From Eukaryota sp. TZLM1-RC (taxonomy: Eukaryota > Protista > Metamonada: BaSk clade): a stretch of DNA of 64,000 nt. Below the pieces are notes generated by a model that saw only the letters and a program-made list of their open reading frames with translations, had not been told where the DNA came from and did no database searches. The position numbers and the translations under genes were made by a program. This document shows, piece after piece, positions 46,482 to 58,109 of this stretch (within the stretch, counting starts at the first letter, position 1; every line of letters starts with the position of its first letter). Location: the NCBI GenBank assembly GCA_040285825.1, contig JAUPSS010000002.1:1612001-1676000 (forward strand). Direction: 5' to 3'.

Positions 46482-46830
46482 TGGAAGTGTTTCTGGATTT
46501 CTTTCAAAAATCTCGTTCTTCGAAATATGACAGATTAGGGAAAAAGGCTGTCACCATTTCAAACCCAAATAATAGCTTCTTCACCATTAACCATGTGTTT
46601 AATTGTAACGATAAATACCATTATATTTTTGTCTCCTAATAAAAAAATCAACTTTGTTCCGTCGCAGGACTCGGCGATCTTCATAAGTTAGTAACTGTTT
46701 AAGGACTGATCTGCGAACAAAATCTGAATCATTAGTTTCTTCTTCGGTCGGTACCCACTGCATGGGCTATAATATGCATCCCTTTTGAAATAGAAAATGA
46801 AATTCTATTCCGTCAAAATAGTTTATTAAT
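46482..46830 (-). pseudogene. Degenerate Fanzor fragment (paralogue of 55219-55986)
   Basis: Minus-strand DRRVLRRNKVDFFIRRQK / IMVFIVTIKHMVNGEEAIIWV*NGD...RFLKEIQKHF aligns with the 55 kb copy; shared cgcaggactcggcgatct. Confidence 0.75.
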
Positions 46831-47046
46831 AATTTTTTTAATGATCTGGGCAAAATATGTTAGAAAAGATTAAGTGAGTTTTATTTCGAGAGAAAAACCA
46901 CTCAACTGACTACAAAAATGGGCATTATAAGTATTAAGCTCCTTGTTACTTATCAAAATTAAATATTCATAGTTGGAGTCTTGGTTTAGAATACCTAGGA
47001 GTACAGTGAGTCTGAAGTATTGATTGTAGAGAAATTTCCTCTTACT

Positions 47047-47748
47047 TCACACATGTGGAGAATGAGCATAAATGGTGGGATATTCAATCACTCGTAGTGA
47101 CTCAAGCATTGAATTAAACTCAATAGTTGGATTAAGATCAATATAAACCTTGTTTTGGTTTTGTGTTTCATCTAAAATCACAAACTTAAGGAGTTCCAAC
47201 CGTGCAACATGACTAGCACCTATTCTGATTCTCAGAGAGGTGTCAACCATGGCTGCTTCCAATGCCGACAAAAGAGATTTATTGGATGGAACCATGATGG
47301 TTGTTGAGATTGATCCTACAAACACAAGTTCCACCTTCCATAGGATAACTCCTCCTTTTATGAGTTTGGATGTATTGTTTTCGGCCTTTGTCATTCCCGG
47401 ACTAAGAAGAATAAGATCAATACCATTCTCGAGTGCAACTTTTTGCATTGATTTCCTATTTGATAACAAAGTCTTTGGTTTTGAGGAACTCAGAAGCCGT
47501 CTTCCGAAAAACGAAGTTGAACATGTAGTTGACATAACATTTTCTAAGAAGACATAATCATTGTGCAAAACATCCTCATTGAAATTGACCAATGGTACAA
47601 AGTCAGAAGGAGCTCGTACCCCATTACAATTAAACGAGGTCTTATGTGCATTAACACAAGGTAAAGAACATGTATGAGACTCACAAGACGGACACTTATA
47701 CTTGGCACCTTTTCCACAGATGATGCATTTTGAGGAAGAGAGTACCAT
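47047..47748 (-). CDS. BCD1: Box C/D snoRNP assembly factor Bcd1/ZNHIT6
   Basis: zf-HIT CIIC...KYKCPSC...TCSLPCVNAHK..FNCNG, DYVFLE, PGMTKAENN, LWKVE, IEYPTI. Confidence 0.88.
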   Translation of the reverse strand: MVLSSSKCIICGKGAKYKCPSCESHTCSLPCVNAHKTSFNCNGVRAPSDFVPLVNFNEDVLHNDYVFLENVMSTTCSTSFFGRRLLSSSKPKTLLSNRKSMQKVALENGIDLILLSPGMTKAENNTSKLIKGGVILWKVELVFVGSISTTIMVPSNKSLLSALEAAMVDTSLRIRIGASHVARLELLKFVILDETQNQNKVYIDLNPTIEFNSMLESLRVIEYPTIYAHSPHV

Positions 47749-47752
47749 TGTT

Positions 47753-47772
47753 AAAGAAGCTGTCTGAACAAT
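47753..47772 (-). promoter_or_regulatory. ATG-proximal motif variant upstream of BCD1
   Basis: Sense ATTGTT-CA-GACAGC-TTCTTTAACA-ATG. Confidence 0.55.
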
Positions 47773-48028
47773 AAGCAACCGTCCGCTGTACAGTGTAGTA
47801 TAAAGCAGTTGTATAGAGAGAACTCACCAAATAAATTATGTTATTCTTCACATAAAATATAATATTCTTATAGTTAGGCTCTGTTATTGTTGCTGACAAA
47901 TACCAACGAACAATTCAATATCCAAGTAAGACATTCCTCTATTTATTTGTTTACTGATGTACTCTATATAATGTCGTTTTTTTTATATAATCTTAATGTT
48001 TTTTATTTAACAGTATAATACTGCATAA

Positions 48029-48670
48029 TTTATTGAATTTGCACACTTGATTAAATTAAATCATAACTAATGGGACGACTATCATTAAACCAAGATTTCC
48101 TCTACAAAATCTTGATTTGCTTGCTGTCTAGCTAAAGCTTCTCTAATTCGATTGAAAAACCGCGGTAATCTATTAATAATGGCAAATTGAATCCGTGAAC
48201 GCCATAAAAAAATATCAAATCTTTTCATTGTTTTTTCTTTCACCATTTTTTGGAAGTCATCCAAAAAAGTTTCTGCTTCAACTGATAATCTTCCATTTAT
48301 CGAAAATGGAAAAGCAATAAAAACCAGCTGTGTATTTCTATCGATATTTGCATCTTCAATTTCTTTATCATATTTTCTATGTTTTTCTTTTGCTTTAAAA
48401 TCCAGAGCAGCCACAGGATTAAGTTTTCTTCTGTGAACCAAAGTATCGTTTGCAACATTACATGAGACAAAGTCAACAATAGCTTCAGAATTATCAATCC
48501 AATCACAGTATACATCACCTCTATCATCAGAACCAAAATTATTCAGAGAAAGTGTTTCTTTCAGCAGGGGCTCTTTGATACACGATATCCTTGCAGTTTG
48601 TGCCATATTGAAAACAGTGTCTCTAACAGCATCATGTAATGAAGAACGATAAGTTATCAATTTAGAGCAA
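48029..48670 (-). mobile_element. Family A 5'-truncated copy with intact RLE coding region
   Basis: RSSLHDAVRD...DRGD...DFVEEILV* and 3' UTR. Confidence 0.88.
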
Positions 48671-49559
48671 TTATAATTGAGTATATTGAATTTCAAATTA
48701 TTTCTTTACCATTGTTTTAGCATTTGTAGCTTATATAGACGCCTTCTGGACTCAGTCAATCATAGTAGTTAATATTTGCATGCACTTTGGTGGTTGATTA
48801 TCATTGACGAATATTAGAAACAGTGTTTTTTTTATTGAATAAATAGAATAGATAGATCATTTCATCGGAAATATAAATGTTCAACAATAAAATAAAATAT
48901 TCTATTTATTTTTGTATTTTTGTATTATTAATTCTATTTATTTTTTATTATTATCTATTTATTCTTATTTATTCAAGTAAGGAGTATTAGAGTTGACTCT
49001 TGGCAATCACATAGTTTGTTGCTAAAATTTATCAACTGGTAAGGATGAAAATTCATGTGAAAACATATGTATATCCCATTAAAAAGTTCTTAGTACCATT
49101 ACCAACTACTCTAAGCCAACTAATAAGAGCCCCAAACCAAACTAAATATTTCTTTCTTGAATTATAATCAATTTGTAAAAAAGTAATGGTTTCTGAAGTG
49201 TTGATCATTGACGAATAATCTACATCAGCAAATTGTCTTGTTGTTATGAAAAGATTTGTTACTAATGGTACTTTCAGAATAGCTTCAAACAATGACAATT
49301 GCAAACCTAGTCACAATGACCTTAGCAAGATACGTGATAGATACGTGATAGAAATCAGCCGGCTCATTTGCCTAAGCTTGCAATTGCTGAGGTCAGAATG
49401 AGTGGTAATGAAAGGCCTCAGTATGTGTGTAGTAGATAACTTTTGTAATTATTCCGCGCGAAAATGGTTCGTACTTCTGGAGAATTTCGGATTTTACAGC
49501 TAATTCATGTATTGTAAATAATTCACATTAATTACTGGGAATCAAACCTAATACTCATT

Positions 49560-50360
49560 TCTTGAAGCTAAAACAAAAGTACTAAGATGACGAATACTAT
49601 ACTTGCCCCCTAAGAATTTCAAAACAGTTGTTGGTGTTGACCCTAAAGTCATTGTGACTGATAGAGAGAAGGCAATCATCAATGCAATTTCAACTGTATT
49701 TACTGATTCTAAAGAATGTTGTGCTAAAGGCACCTTGAATGAAATTTGGAGGGATTTAAAAGTGCAGAAAATGGCCACTTATTTGAAAAATTTTATGTGA
49801 TTTCAGGGAAGTCGTTCCGTGGAATCGATGACTCTTTTATTGAACGATTTAAATTTATGAAATGATATCCAGTGACGTTAGAGTTGAAACATGTACTGGG
49901 AGGACGAAAAAAGTACTTGGTCTTCCTTGTGTGCATGAAGTCAAAGAATTGATAGATAATGGTGGTGAGTTGAACTTCACAGATTTCCACAATTTAGGTG
50001 GTTGGCAACAGGGAACGTCACGTTCGTGATTCAGCTGCCAACCCGGTAAAAGTATTGCTGAAAATACATAAACAAGCCTCTCCAGCCCAACAGGCCAGAA
50101 TCGGACAGCAGTGTCATAGAGTTATTGAAGATTCGCAGTCTCCTTATGACAATCCTCAATCTCGATACCGAAGAAGTGGAGACGAACATCAATTTTCAGC
50201 TGGTAGAAAGAGAGGAAGAAAATGTGGAAATTGTGGCAGAGAAGGGTACTGAGTGACTAAGTTTACGCTCCCTTGCGGTGTATGTGGCGAAAGTGATTAT
50301 AAGGAAAAAGATTGTCCCAAAAACAACAAGCATAACAAGAGAAAATCAAGAGAGACAATC
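49560..50360 (+). pseudogene. MULE transposase relic (DDE segment plus C-terminal zinc knuckles)
   Basis: PKVIVTDREKAIINAISTVF (MULE second-Asp motif); RKCGNCGREG and PCGVCGESD...CPK. Confidence 0.7.
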
Positions 50361-50474
50361 TGAAGTGTTATAGTAGTTTCAGTTGTTATAAAGCATCTAA
50401 GTTGATATGGTACGAGTTCAGACGATTTCAGCACAAATTTAATGAAACACAAGTTAAGCAAGATCAATTGTTTG

Positions 50475-53345
50475 ACGTGCAAAAGTGTTGTTCCAATTAA
50501 TAGGATGTAAAATGTTCCAAATTTTTTGATCATGCTTATCTTAGTCCACATTATGGCGGTTAAGCTTGGACAAACGCTTCTATTCTTACTTCATGTGCTT
50601 TTATCGGTGTAATGCAGGAATGCAATTGTTGAGTTTTCTGAAAGATTTGCCGATTGGGAAGATTTATTGATGACAACGCAAAGTTGTACTGTTTTTGCTT
50701 TAAATGATGAAATTTCACAAACTGATGTAGAAAAATGGAGTCGATGCTTTCCCCAATCATTCAATGGTAATATTCCAGAAAAAAATTTTTAAATTTAAAT
50801 TACATTCTGCGAACATTACTGAAACGATTGACTAGAATATATGAAAATGATCTTTATAATAATAAATGCACCTCGGCCGTTTTAAATCAAGATCTTCACT
50901 CATTGTTATTGGAAAAGGATGTTTGTGAAAACCAGTCATCAGATTCATCACTGTTTGTAACCATTGTACCACGAAGGTCTGGACTGTGTGTTAATCATGA
51001 AGCGTTTGTAACAAAAATGAGATTATATCTGAATAGCCTTATTAATCAATTATTATCAAAAGAACAATGTATTTATTCAAATTCACCACAGCTCACTTTG
51101 CGTCATGGTCTGAATTGTTCTATATTGATAACTTATCGTTCTTCATTACATGATGCTGTTAGAGACACTGTTTTCAATATGGCACAAACTGTAAGAATAT
51201 CGTGTATCAAAGAGCCTCTGCTGAAGGGAACACTTTTATTGAATAATTTTGGTTCTGATGATAGAGGTGATGTATACTGTGATTAGATTGATAATTCTGA
51301 AGCTGTTGTTGACTTTGTTCCTGTAAGTGCTCTCGAATTTAAGGCCGACAAAAAACATAGATAATGCGGTAAAGTTATTGAAAAAGCTAATGCTGATAGA
51401 AATAGACCAATTTTTTATTGCTTTCCTATTTTCGATAAACGGAAGATTATCAGCAGAAGCGGAAACTTTTTTGAATGATTTCCAAAAAATGGTTCAAAAA
51501 AAACAATGAAAAAATTTGATATTTTTAATGACGCTCTCGGATTCAGTTTGCCGTTAATAATAGATTACCTCCGTTCTTCAATCGAATTGGAGAAGCTTTA
51601 GCTAGACAGCAAGCAGATCAAGATTTTGTAGAGGAAATCTTGGTTCAATGAATTTAGTCCTGATAGTTATGACTTTATTTTGTTAAGATCACAAGTTCAA
51701 TAAATTAAGAACCTTTGGTTGGTTAAGAAAAAATACCACTTTTGCAAATGAAACCCCTTCCATGACTTGATTTCGAGTCTAGAAACATTGCCACCACGAC
51801 AGAAACAACCGAAGCAACCAGACCAAAAAATGGAATAGAAAGAGGTTTTTCGCAGCGAGAGTAGTACTGACCGAATGGAAAGTTAACAATGACGAGAAAG
51901 ACAGATCCATAGATTCTGAGTGAAGAGATCCAAAGACAAACCAGTAAGAACACTATACTGTAATTGAAACTGTAATAGAGATGACATCATTCAACAGCAA
52001 GGTCAACAACATTGTTGACAGTGTTTCAAATGAAAGTGATGAAGATAGTCAAAAGTGAGGGAGATCATTACCAAGTTGAAGGTTGAAAACCTGCCAAAAT
52101 AGGCCACCAGAAGTCGAAAATGGTGGTGACAAGTGAAAAATTTGATAAAGGCTCATTATTCTCGTTGCATGTCAGACGCACTTTTTGAACCAAAGATGAT
52201 TCAGGATTCAGGATCCCTTACTGTCAATCTACTGGAAAGATTGTTACAAATTCTGTTTCTCATATTTTTACTTAAAAAAAATAAAAAAATTGTGGCAGCT
52301 CTTATCTTATTTCTTTGAAACAGGAAATTGAAACTCTTTCACCCAATATTTGGTCTAAATGTTTCCCCTCTGATATTGTGGAACTTCCTCCAAGAAACTT
52401 GCTCTCCTTACCACTGACTTTTGCAAAATGGCAGAAAAAAATCTTGAAAGTTTTAGAAAACTTGGATTATATTGTACGTTTTAGCTTGGCTAAAGAAAAA
52501 AATCCCGTTTTTGCAGATTTTTTGATTGATCTTGAAGACAGTTGCTCAAGTAGCCTAATCTCCCAAATTCCCAACATTTTGGCCTTCTACTTAATGATCA
52601 CCAATGGACCACTGCAATGAGAATGAGATGTTTTCTATGGCCTTGTTCTTTACCAAATGATTTAATTTGTCGCTGCAAGAGTGTTGTTATGCTTTCCCAT
52701 ATTTTAAACTGTAAGTATTTCATAACTTATCGCTCAATGGTTCATGACTCAGCTCGTGATCAATTATATGCCATGTGCAAAAGTTTCAATATAGAGGCAT
52801 TTATTGAACCTTTAGTTCGTAAGTTATCTCCAGATCAAACTGATGATTCCTTTGGTAAAAGAAGGGCAGATTTAGTAGCTCCAGGGATCGATGCTGTTCT
52901 CAATGTTGTGGAAGTTGTCTCAGTAGATGTCTGCAAAAATTCTGTTGCTCGTGTGGTGTATTCCGCTGATTCGCCGCTATCTAACGCCGAAAACAGGAAA
53001 TACAAAAATATGACGTACCATTGGCACAATTAGGTAGAGTCGAACATTTGAAATACCAGTTTGTGCCGTTTGCAATTTCTCTTTTGGCAATATTGGACCT
53101 TCAGGGTTGCACTTTTTTGAAAATTTCAAAAAAGTTTAACTAAATAGATCTTGTAAAAAGATGAATTCCGCTTTCTGGTTAAATAGAATTGTTTTTTCGC
53201 ATAATGAAATCTATTCCAACAATGATTTCTAAAGCTCTTTTGGCTATTGGTGTAGAATATGAACGAAATGCTGTCAGTGGGTTTAGTAATAGCGATGCTT
53301 GTTTGGAGGATATTGAATCTTGGACAGATTTTTAGTTCAATAAAA
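50475..53345 (+). repeat. Left arm of ~2.9-kb inverted duplication (A fragment, non-TE spacer 51705-52295, C fragment)
   Basis: Reverse complement of ~58125-61008; the same ORFs occur on opposite strands (MFLLVCLWISS, MKQEIETLSP, MLSNLRPTK). Confidence 0.9.
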
Positions 53346-53473
53346 ACACAGTCTACTAAAAAGAGTTTGGCAAGACCCGTTTTTTCAATATCTGTATTTT
53401 GATATCTAAAGTTGCCGTCCAATCATCTTCGGCTTAAATATTATTAACTCAACACCTTCTGCTTGAGGTATTG

Positions 53474-54262
53474 ATGAATGAATGTCTCTTTACATTAGGA
53501 CATTGTATACCGCCCTCTACCTTTACACTTGAAGACACCCATAATGTAGTACGCATTAGTCAACTTGCTAGATCTATACCGGATCTCCAGCATCAGTTGA
53601 TTACTTCTTCTAAACCCTTTGTCTATGAGAAGGAGCTTGTGGAACGCTTAATTTATAAATGCCGCAATGCCCACAAGTCTTGGCCTTTTTTCAAGAAACT
53701 TCTTCGTGTACGTCAAGTTCTTGTAAGGTTAGAGAAGCTGGATCTTGCCTTATTATTGGGAGATTTTGCACAGCTCCTCACCCTTCCAGAAACCAATGTT
53801 CCATTAACTGTTTATCCCCTGCCCTCTTCTGATCTTTTGTTCTATGTTCTGTTTAAACACTTGCACTTCGTATACCTTCTCTCTGAGCTAAATGTAGCTT
53901 GCTGTGAGTGTGCTAAATCAGTAACCATTCAACTACAGACCAAGCACTTTGTCCATTTGCTTCTGACTGTTCTTAGTTCTGTCAGTGCTTTGTACAAGTG
54001 TATTGAACCCCTTTCTACAGCTTTAGACGAGATTTATTCAAAACTTTGTAGTTTTCGAAAGTCTTTGGTTACCCCTGAATCATCAGTTTTTGATTTTATT
54101 TCGCTTAAAGTTTTGACCAAAACAAATCCTTCTGAATTGTACCATTGGTTAATTGCAGATAGGACTTCAAATTTATTTAACAGATTTCGTTTATTTTTTG
54201 ATGAATTAAAGAAAAAGCCAGTGTTTAGTGAAGTGGATATAGGTTCAATTTGTCAACAATGA
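53474..54262 (+). CDS. RNase MRP subunit Rmp1/NEPRO-like (DUF4477) protein
   Basis: EKELVERLIYKCRNAHKSWPFFKKLLRVRQVL and HFVHLLLTVLSSVSAL match my recollection of Rmp1/NEPRO N-terminal motifs. Confidence 0.65.
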   Translation: MNECLFTLGHCIPPSTFTLEDTHNVVRISQLARSIPDLQHQLITSSKPFVYEKELVERLIYKCRNAHKSWPFFKKLLRVRQVLVRLEKLDLALLLGDFAQLLTLPETNVPLTVYPLPSSDLLFYVLFKHLHFVYLLSELNVACCECAKSVTIQLQTKHFVHLLLTVLSSVSALYKCIEPLSTALDEIYSKLCSFRKSLVTPESSVFDFISLKVLTKTNPSELYHWLIADRTSNLFNRFRLFFDELKKKPVFSEVDIGSICQQ

Positions 54263-54373
54263 ATATGGTTTATTTAAAGTTATTTAAATTGTTGGCAGAA
54301 TAAACATTCTACACAAACAATTAAATACAAATAGACTTATCCAAATAAACCCGATTCTATAATACATTTCAGC

Positions 54374-55009
54374 TCATGCCACCGTTAAATCATCATTGAA
54401 ATACAAACAAATACATGGAATTGCTTCTTCCGATGGCAGAGAAGCCTCAGAGAAAACAAGCTCTATGTCCTCGATTCCATTACCATCTAAAGTCTTCTCC
54501 ATGTCCAACTCCTTACCACAGTGCTTCCATGTGTAAGAAAGACAGTGTGAGTTGTGTAGAAAGAGCCTCCTGGCAATGTCTATAAGTGTTTCCTCTGCGG
54601 CTACCTCCAGAGTCGTTCTATCGTGAGTCAACATATTAAAGAAGTTGACATGACGGGACCGACTGGTTAGCTGACCTATCATAAGATCTTGGTTCTTCCA
54701 CCAGGGGTTGGGATGGGGTTGCTCCAATAATTTCCCAGTGGAATCATGTAAATGAAGCATCCATAGCTGATCAGGGGTCAGAGGGACAGTTTTAAGTGTA
54801 TCAGGGTGTGTGTAGGTACGAAAACCGAACGATGTTTTGTTGAACCAATGTGAAATATCACTCCCTGCTGCACCGAGTAAGGATGCTGTTAATAGAGGAG
54901 GCTCCTGATGAATTAATGGTGTAATATCAAGTACACTGCCAAAGATACAAACCCAAGCACTGTCGCGGTGATTGTGCTTGGCCAACTCAGATGGTAGAAT
55001 GTAAACCAT
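54374..55009 (-). CDS. CYB5D1: Cytochrome b5 domain-containing protein 1 (flagellar radial-spoke protein)
   Basis: ELAKHN...WV.IFG.V.DIT, AG.DISHWF, PWW, NMLT, SYTWK, LDMEKTL..NGI.D, LYFNDDLT. Confidence 0.92.
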   Translation of the reverse strand: MVYILPSELAKHNHRDSAWVCIFGSVLDITPLIHQEPPLLTASLLGAAGSDISHWFNKTSFGFRTYTHPDTLKTVPLTPDQLWMLHLHDSTGKLLEQPHPNPWWKNQDLMIGQLTSRSRHVNFFNMLTHDRTTLEVAAEETLIDIARRLFLHNSHCLSYTWKHCGKELDMEKTLDGNGIEDIELVFSEASLPSEEAIPCICLYFNDDLTVA

Positions 55010-55013
55010 TGTT

Positions 55014-55034
55014 ACAGATATTGTCTATAACAAT
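55014..55034 (-). promoter_or_regulatory. ATG-proximal conserved motif upstream of CYB5D1
   Basis: Sense ATTGTTATAGACAATATCTGT-AACA-ATG. Confidence 0.7.
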
Positions 55035-55039
55035 AAATA

Positions 55040-55260
55040 AGACACAGATGTATTGTGAATTTCTATCAAAACACACTTCTGGCTTTTGACCAATTCATGT
55101 AATCTTGATAGACGTTAAGCATACTTTAGATCCATCACTATATGATGTCACAATCAAATGACAGTTAAAGCAGCAACATCACAATACGCGTACAGGTACG
55201 CAATACATGGAAAAACACTTATCTATGGGGTCTCCGGAACGCCTCAGGTCTTTCATTGTA
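55040..55260 (-). ncRNA. Candidate Fanzor omegaRNA region (boundaries unknown)
   Basis: Directly 3' of the Fanzor stop; short hairpins gcgtac-NN-gtacgc (55188-55201), tgtca..tgaca (55146-55163), catca..tgatg (55133-55147). Confidence 0.3.
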
Positions 55261-55986
55261 GTAGTGCTCACTTATGGAAATCTCCAGTTTGTTTCTGGAA
55301 GCTGAGATGTCCCTCGACCAGAGTGTCTGACATTGAGGACAAACAAACTTATCATTGTTCACCCTCCCATCATCGTGATACAACTTTTGATTGAATACCT
55401 TACAGCAATTCGTTTTGGCAGATGTGTAGAATTCATCTCCTTTAGGCTTCACATATGTAAAATGTTTCTGAATCTCCTTCAAAAAGCGCTTCCTTGGGGT
55501 TTTCACAGATTGTCTTGATGGCCCATCACCTCCACTGCCAAACCAAAGTATGGTTTCTCTTCCATTAGCCATTAGTTTAATTTTTTCAATAAATCCCATT
55601 ATTTTTTGCCTTTTTATAAAAAAATCAAACTTGATGCGGCGCAGGACTCGGCGATCTCCATTTATCAGCAGTTGGTCTAATAAAGTTCTCGGACGGAAGT
55701 CTAGAAGCCTTTGGGATAAGGATTAATCTGAGAAAGGATCATCTTCATGAACCTTCCAATACGTTGCAATATACTGAGAATCAAGGTCAATTATACTTTC
55801 CCCTAATACAATTTTCAAAACTCTTTTTAATTTGCATGGATCATAATAATTTGTGTAAATACTATAAGTATCAACAACATATCGTCCAGCGATTAAAATT
55901 TTCAAGTGTTTTTGATTCATTTCTATCAAATTTGAATTATAATATTGAATCCATTCACTAGCATCGATTTCACCCTTAAAAAGTCC
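55219..55986 (-). pseudogene. Fanzor (TnpB-like RNA-guided endonuclease), C-terminal half; one in-frame stop at 55723-55725
   Basis: RRIKFDFFIKRQK, ILWFGSGG, P.KRFLKEI, RuvC-II DEFYTS, TNCC...CPQC zinc module, RuvC-III WSRDISASRN, terminal RPEAFRR. Confidence 0.85.
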
Positions 55987-57269
55987 TTATTGTCAGAACG
56001 TTTCATAACATGTGGGATGTCAAATTCTACAATATTGAAACCACATATTAGGTGAAGATTGCAAGTTTCGAGAATGTTTTTTAAACGAACTTCAAGATAT
56101 TGATTGAACTTAAAATAAATTTAAAAATAAATTGAGTGAGTTTTTTTACGTACCACATACTACTTGATTAACGTTGAAATCTGGGCCAAATGTCGAATGT
56201 GTTGACACCATGTGTTCAAAGATGTCTTGAATAGTTGTGTAGGGATACTTGTTTGAATTGTTTCAATGATCAATTACCATTGCAAGAACACCGCATGTTG
56301 GATTTCACAATTTTCTTGCAAATTGTGCCATAATCTCAATCGTTTTGAATTGATAACTTTCGTTCTTCTTGAAATAATGCCTTTGGATCAGAATCTGAAG
56401 CACATAACATGGGTTGCTTAATAGGTCGTTGCGAGGCGGAGGTTTGCCCATTAGCTCGACGTGAAGCCATTATAGTGGAATAGAATAGGGGTGCAGGGAA
56501 AATTCGTTGTTAGAGACATTTGTCCCATGTACCTTGTACTGTTACCACTAAAATACAGTACAATTTACTTTTGGTTAAATGTCATACAATCGATCTCCCT
56601 CCACCTATTCACGTTTTTGATTATGTTTTTACCCGAGCTTCAAATTACGGTATGCTGCAGAACCATACATTAGATATTAGTCTACATTAAAAATTATCAT
56701 CAATAATCTATATATGGTATTTCAAGCAGAAGTTCTACAAACTACTAGTCTATATTAAAATCAACATTAATAAAATTCATGGACACATACAGTACACTTG
56801 TATCGACCATGGACATGATTTCCATTGGAGTTTTTACAAGGGTACCATAAAGTAGTATTAAGAAAGTGGTCTACGGAAGAAGACATACAGTGCTTTGATT
56901 GACGTTTCCAAGCTGAAGCCCAGTGTCTCATTCACTGTTGCCACGTCAAATCACGCACCGGGTTCATACTCGGGGGTCCGTTAGCAAAAACTGATGCACC
57001 CTTTGACACTTCATTTCAAATTTCGTGTTTCTTTGACACATCATTATTTTCCATTTTTGGAAATTATTCCAAACATCTCCTGTTTTTGATGATAGTCTTC
57101 CGTTTAAAGAAAATGGGACAGCAATAATAACAAAATAATAATAGCAAAATCTAGTCATTGTTAGCATAAACCAGGTTTTGTTAATGTGGATTAAGATATA
57201 TGCCTTATATATATGTTGATGTACACAAAAATTGTGTGGAATTTCAAGATTTCTCATAGAATTATATTA

Positions 57270-57975
57270 TTTATTGAACTTGCACACTTAATAAATAAAT
57301 AAATAAATAAATAATGGGACGACTATCATTGAACCAAGATTTCCTCTACAAAATCTTGATCTGTTTGCTGTCTAGCTAAAGCTTCTCTTATTCGATTGAA
57401 AAACCGAGCTAATCTATTAACAACAAATTGAATCCGAGAACGCCATAAAAAATGTCAAATCTTTTCATTGTTTTACTTGAACCATATTTTGGAAGTCATT
57501 CAAAAAAAATTCTGCTTCATCTGATAATCTTCCATTTATCGAAAATGGAAAAACAATAAAAACCAGCTGTGTATTTCTATCGGCATTAGCCTCTTCAATA
57601 TCTTTATAATATTTTCTATGTTTCTCTTTTGCTTTAAAATCAAGAGCAGTCACAGGATTAAGTTTTCTTCTGTGAACCAAAGTGTCATTTGCAACATTAC
57701 AGGAGACAAAATCAACAACAGCTTCAGAATTATCAATCAAATCACAGTATACATCACCTCTATCATCAGAACCAAAATTATTCAATGACAGTGTCTCCTT
57801 CAGCAGAGGCTCTTTGATACACGAAATTCTTGCAGTTTGTGCCATATTGAAAACAGTGTCTCTGACAGCATCATGTAGTGAAGAACGATAAGTTATCAAT
57901 TTAGAACAATTCAGAGCATGGCGCAAAGTGGGTTGAGATGAATTCGAACATATACATTTTTCTTTTGATAATAAT
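57270..57975 (-). mobile_element. Family A 5'-truncated copy
   Basis: RHALNC...DRGDVYCD...FPFSINGRLS and 3' UTR. Confidence 0.88.
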
Positions 57976-58109
57976 TAACGAACTTAGCAATTCATTATCA
58001 GAGGATTGATGATTTAAAATGTTATTTTTATCATCAACTCTACAACAATATTCCATTTTGCTTGTTAACCTTCCTACAAGATCACAAAAACAAAGATTTA
58101 ATTCAATCT

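Noticed and set aside
27846-54262. Apparent cluster of ribosome-biogenesis genes (NOM1, NAT10, BCD1, RMP1-like)
   Set aside because: Interspersed with unrelated genes on both strands; cannot be distinguished from chance without a genome-wide test.
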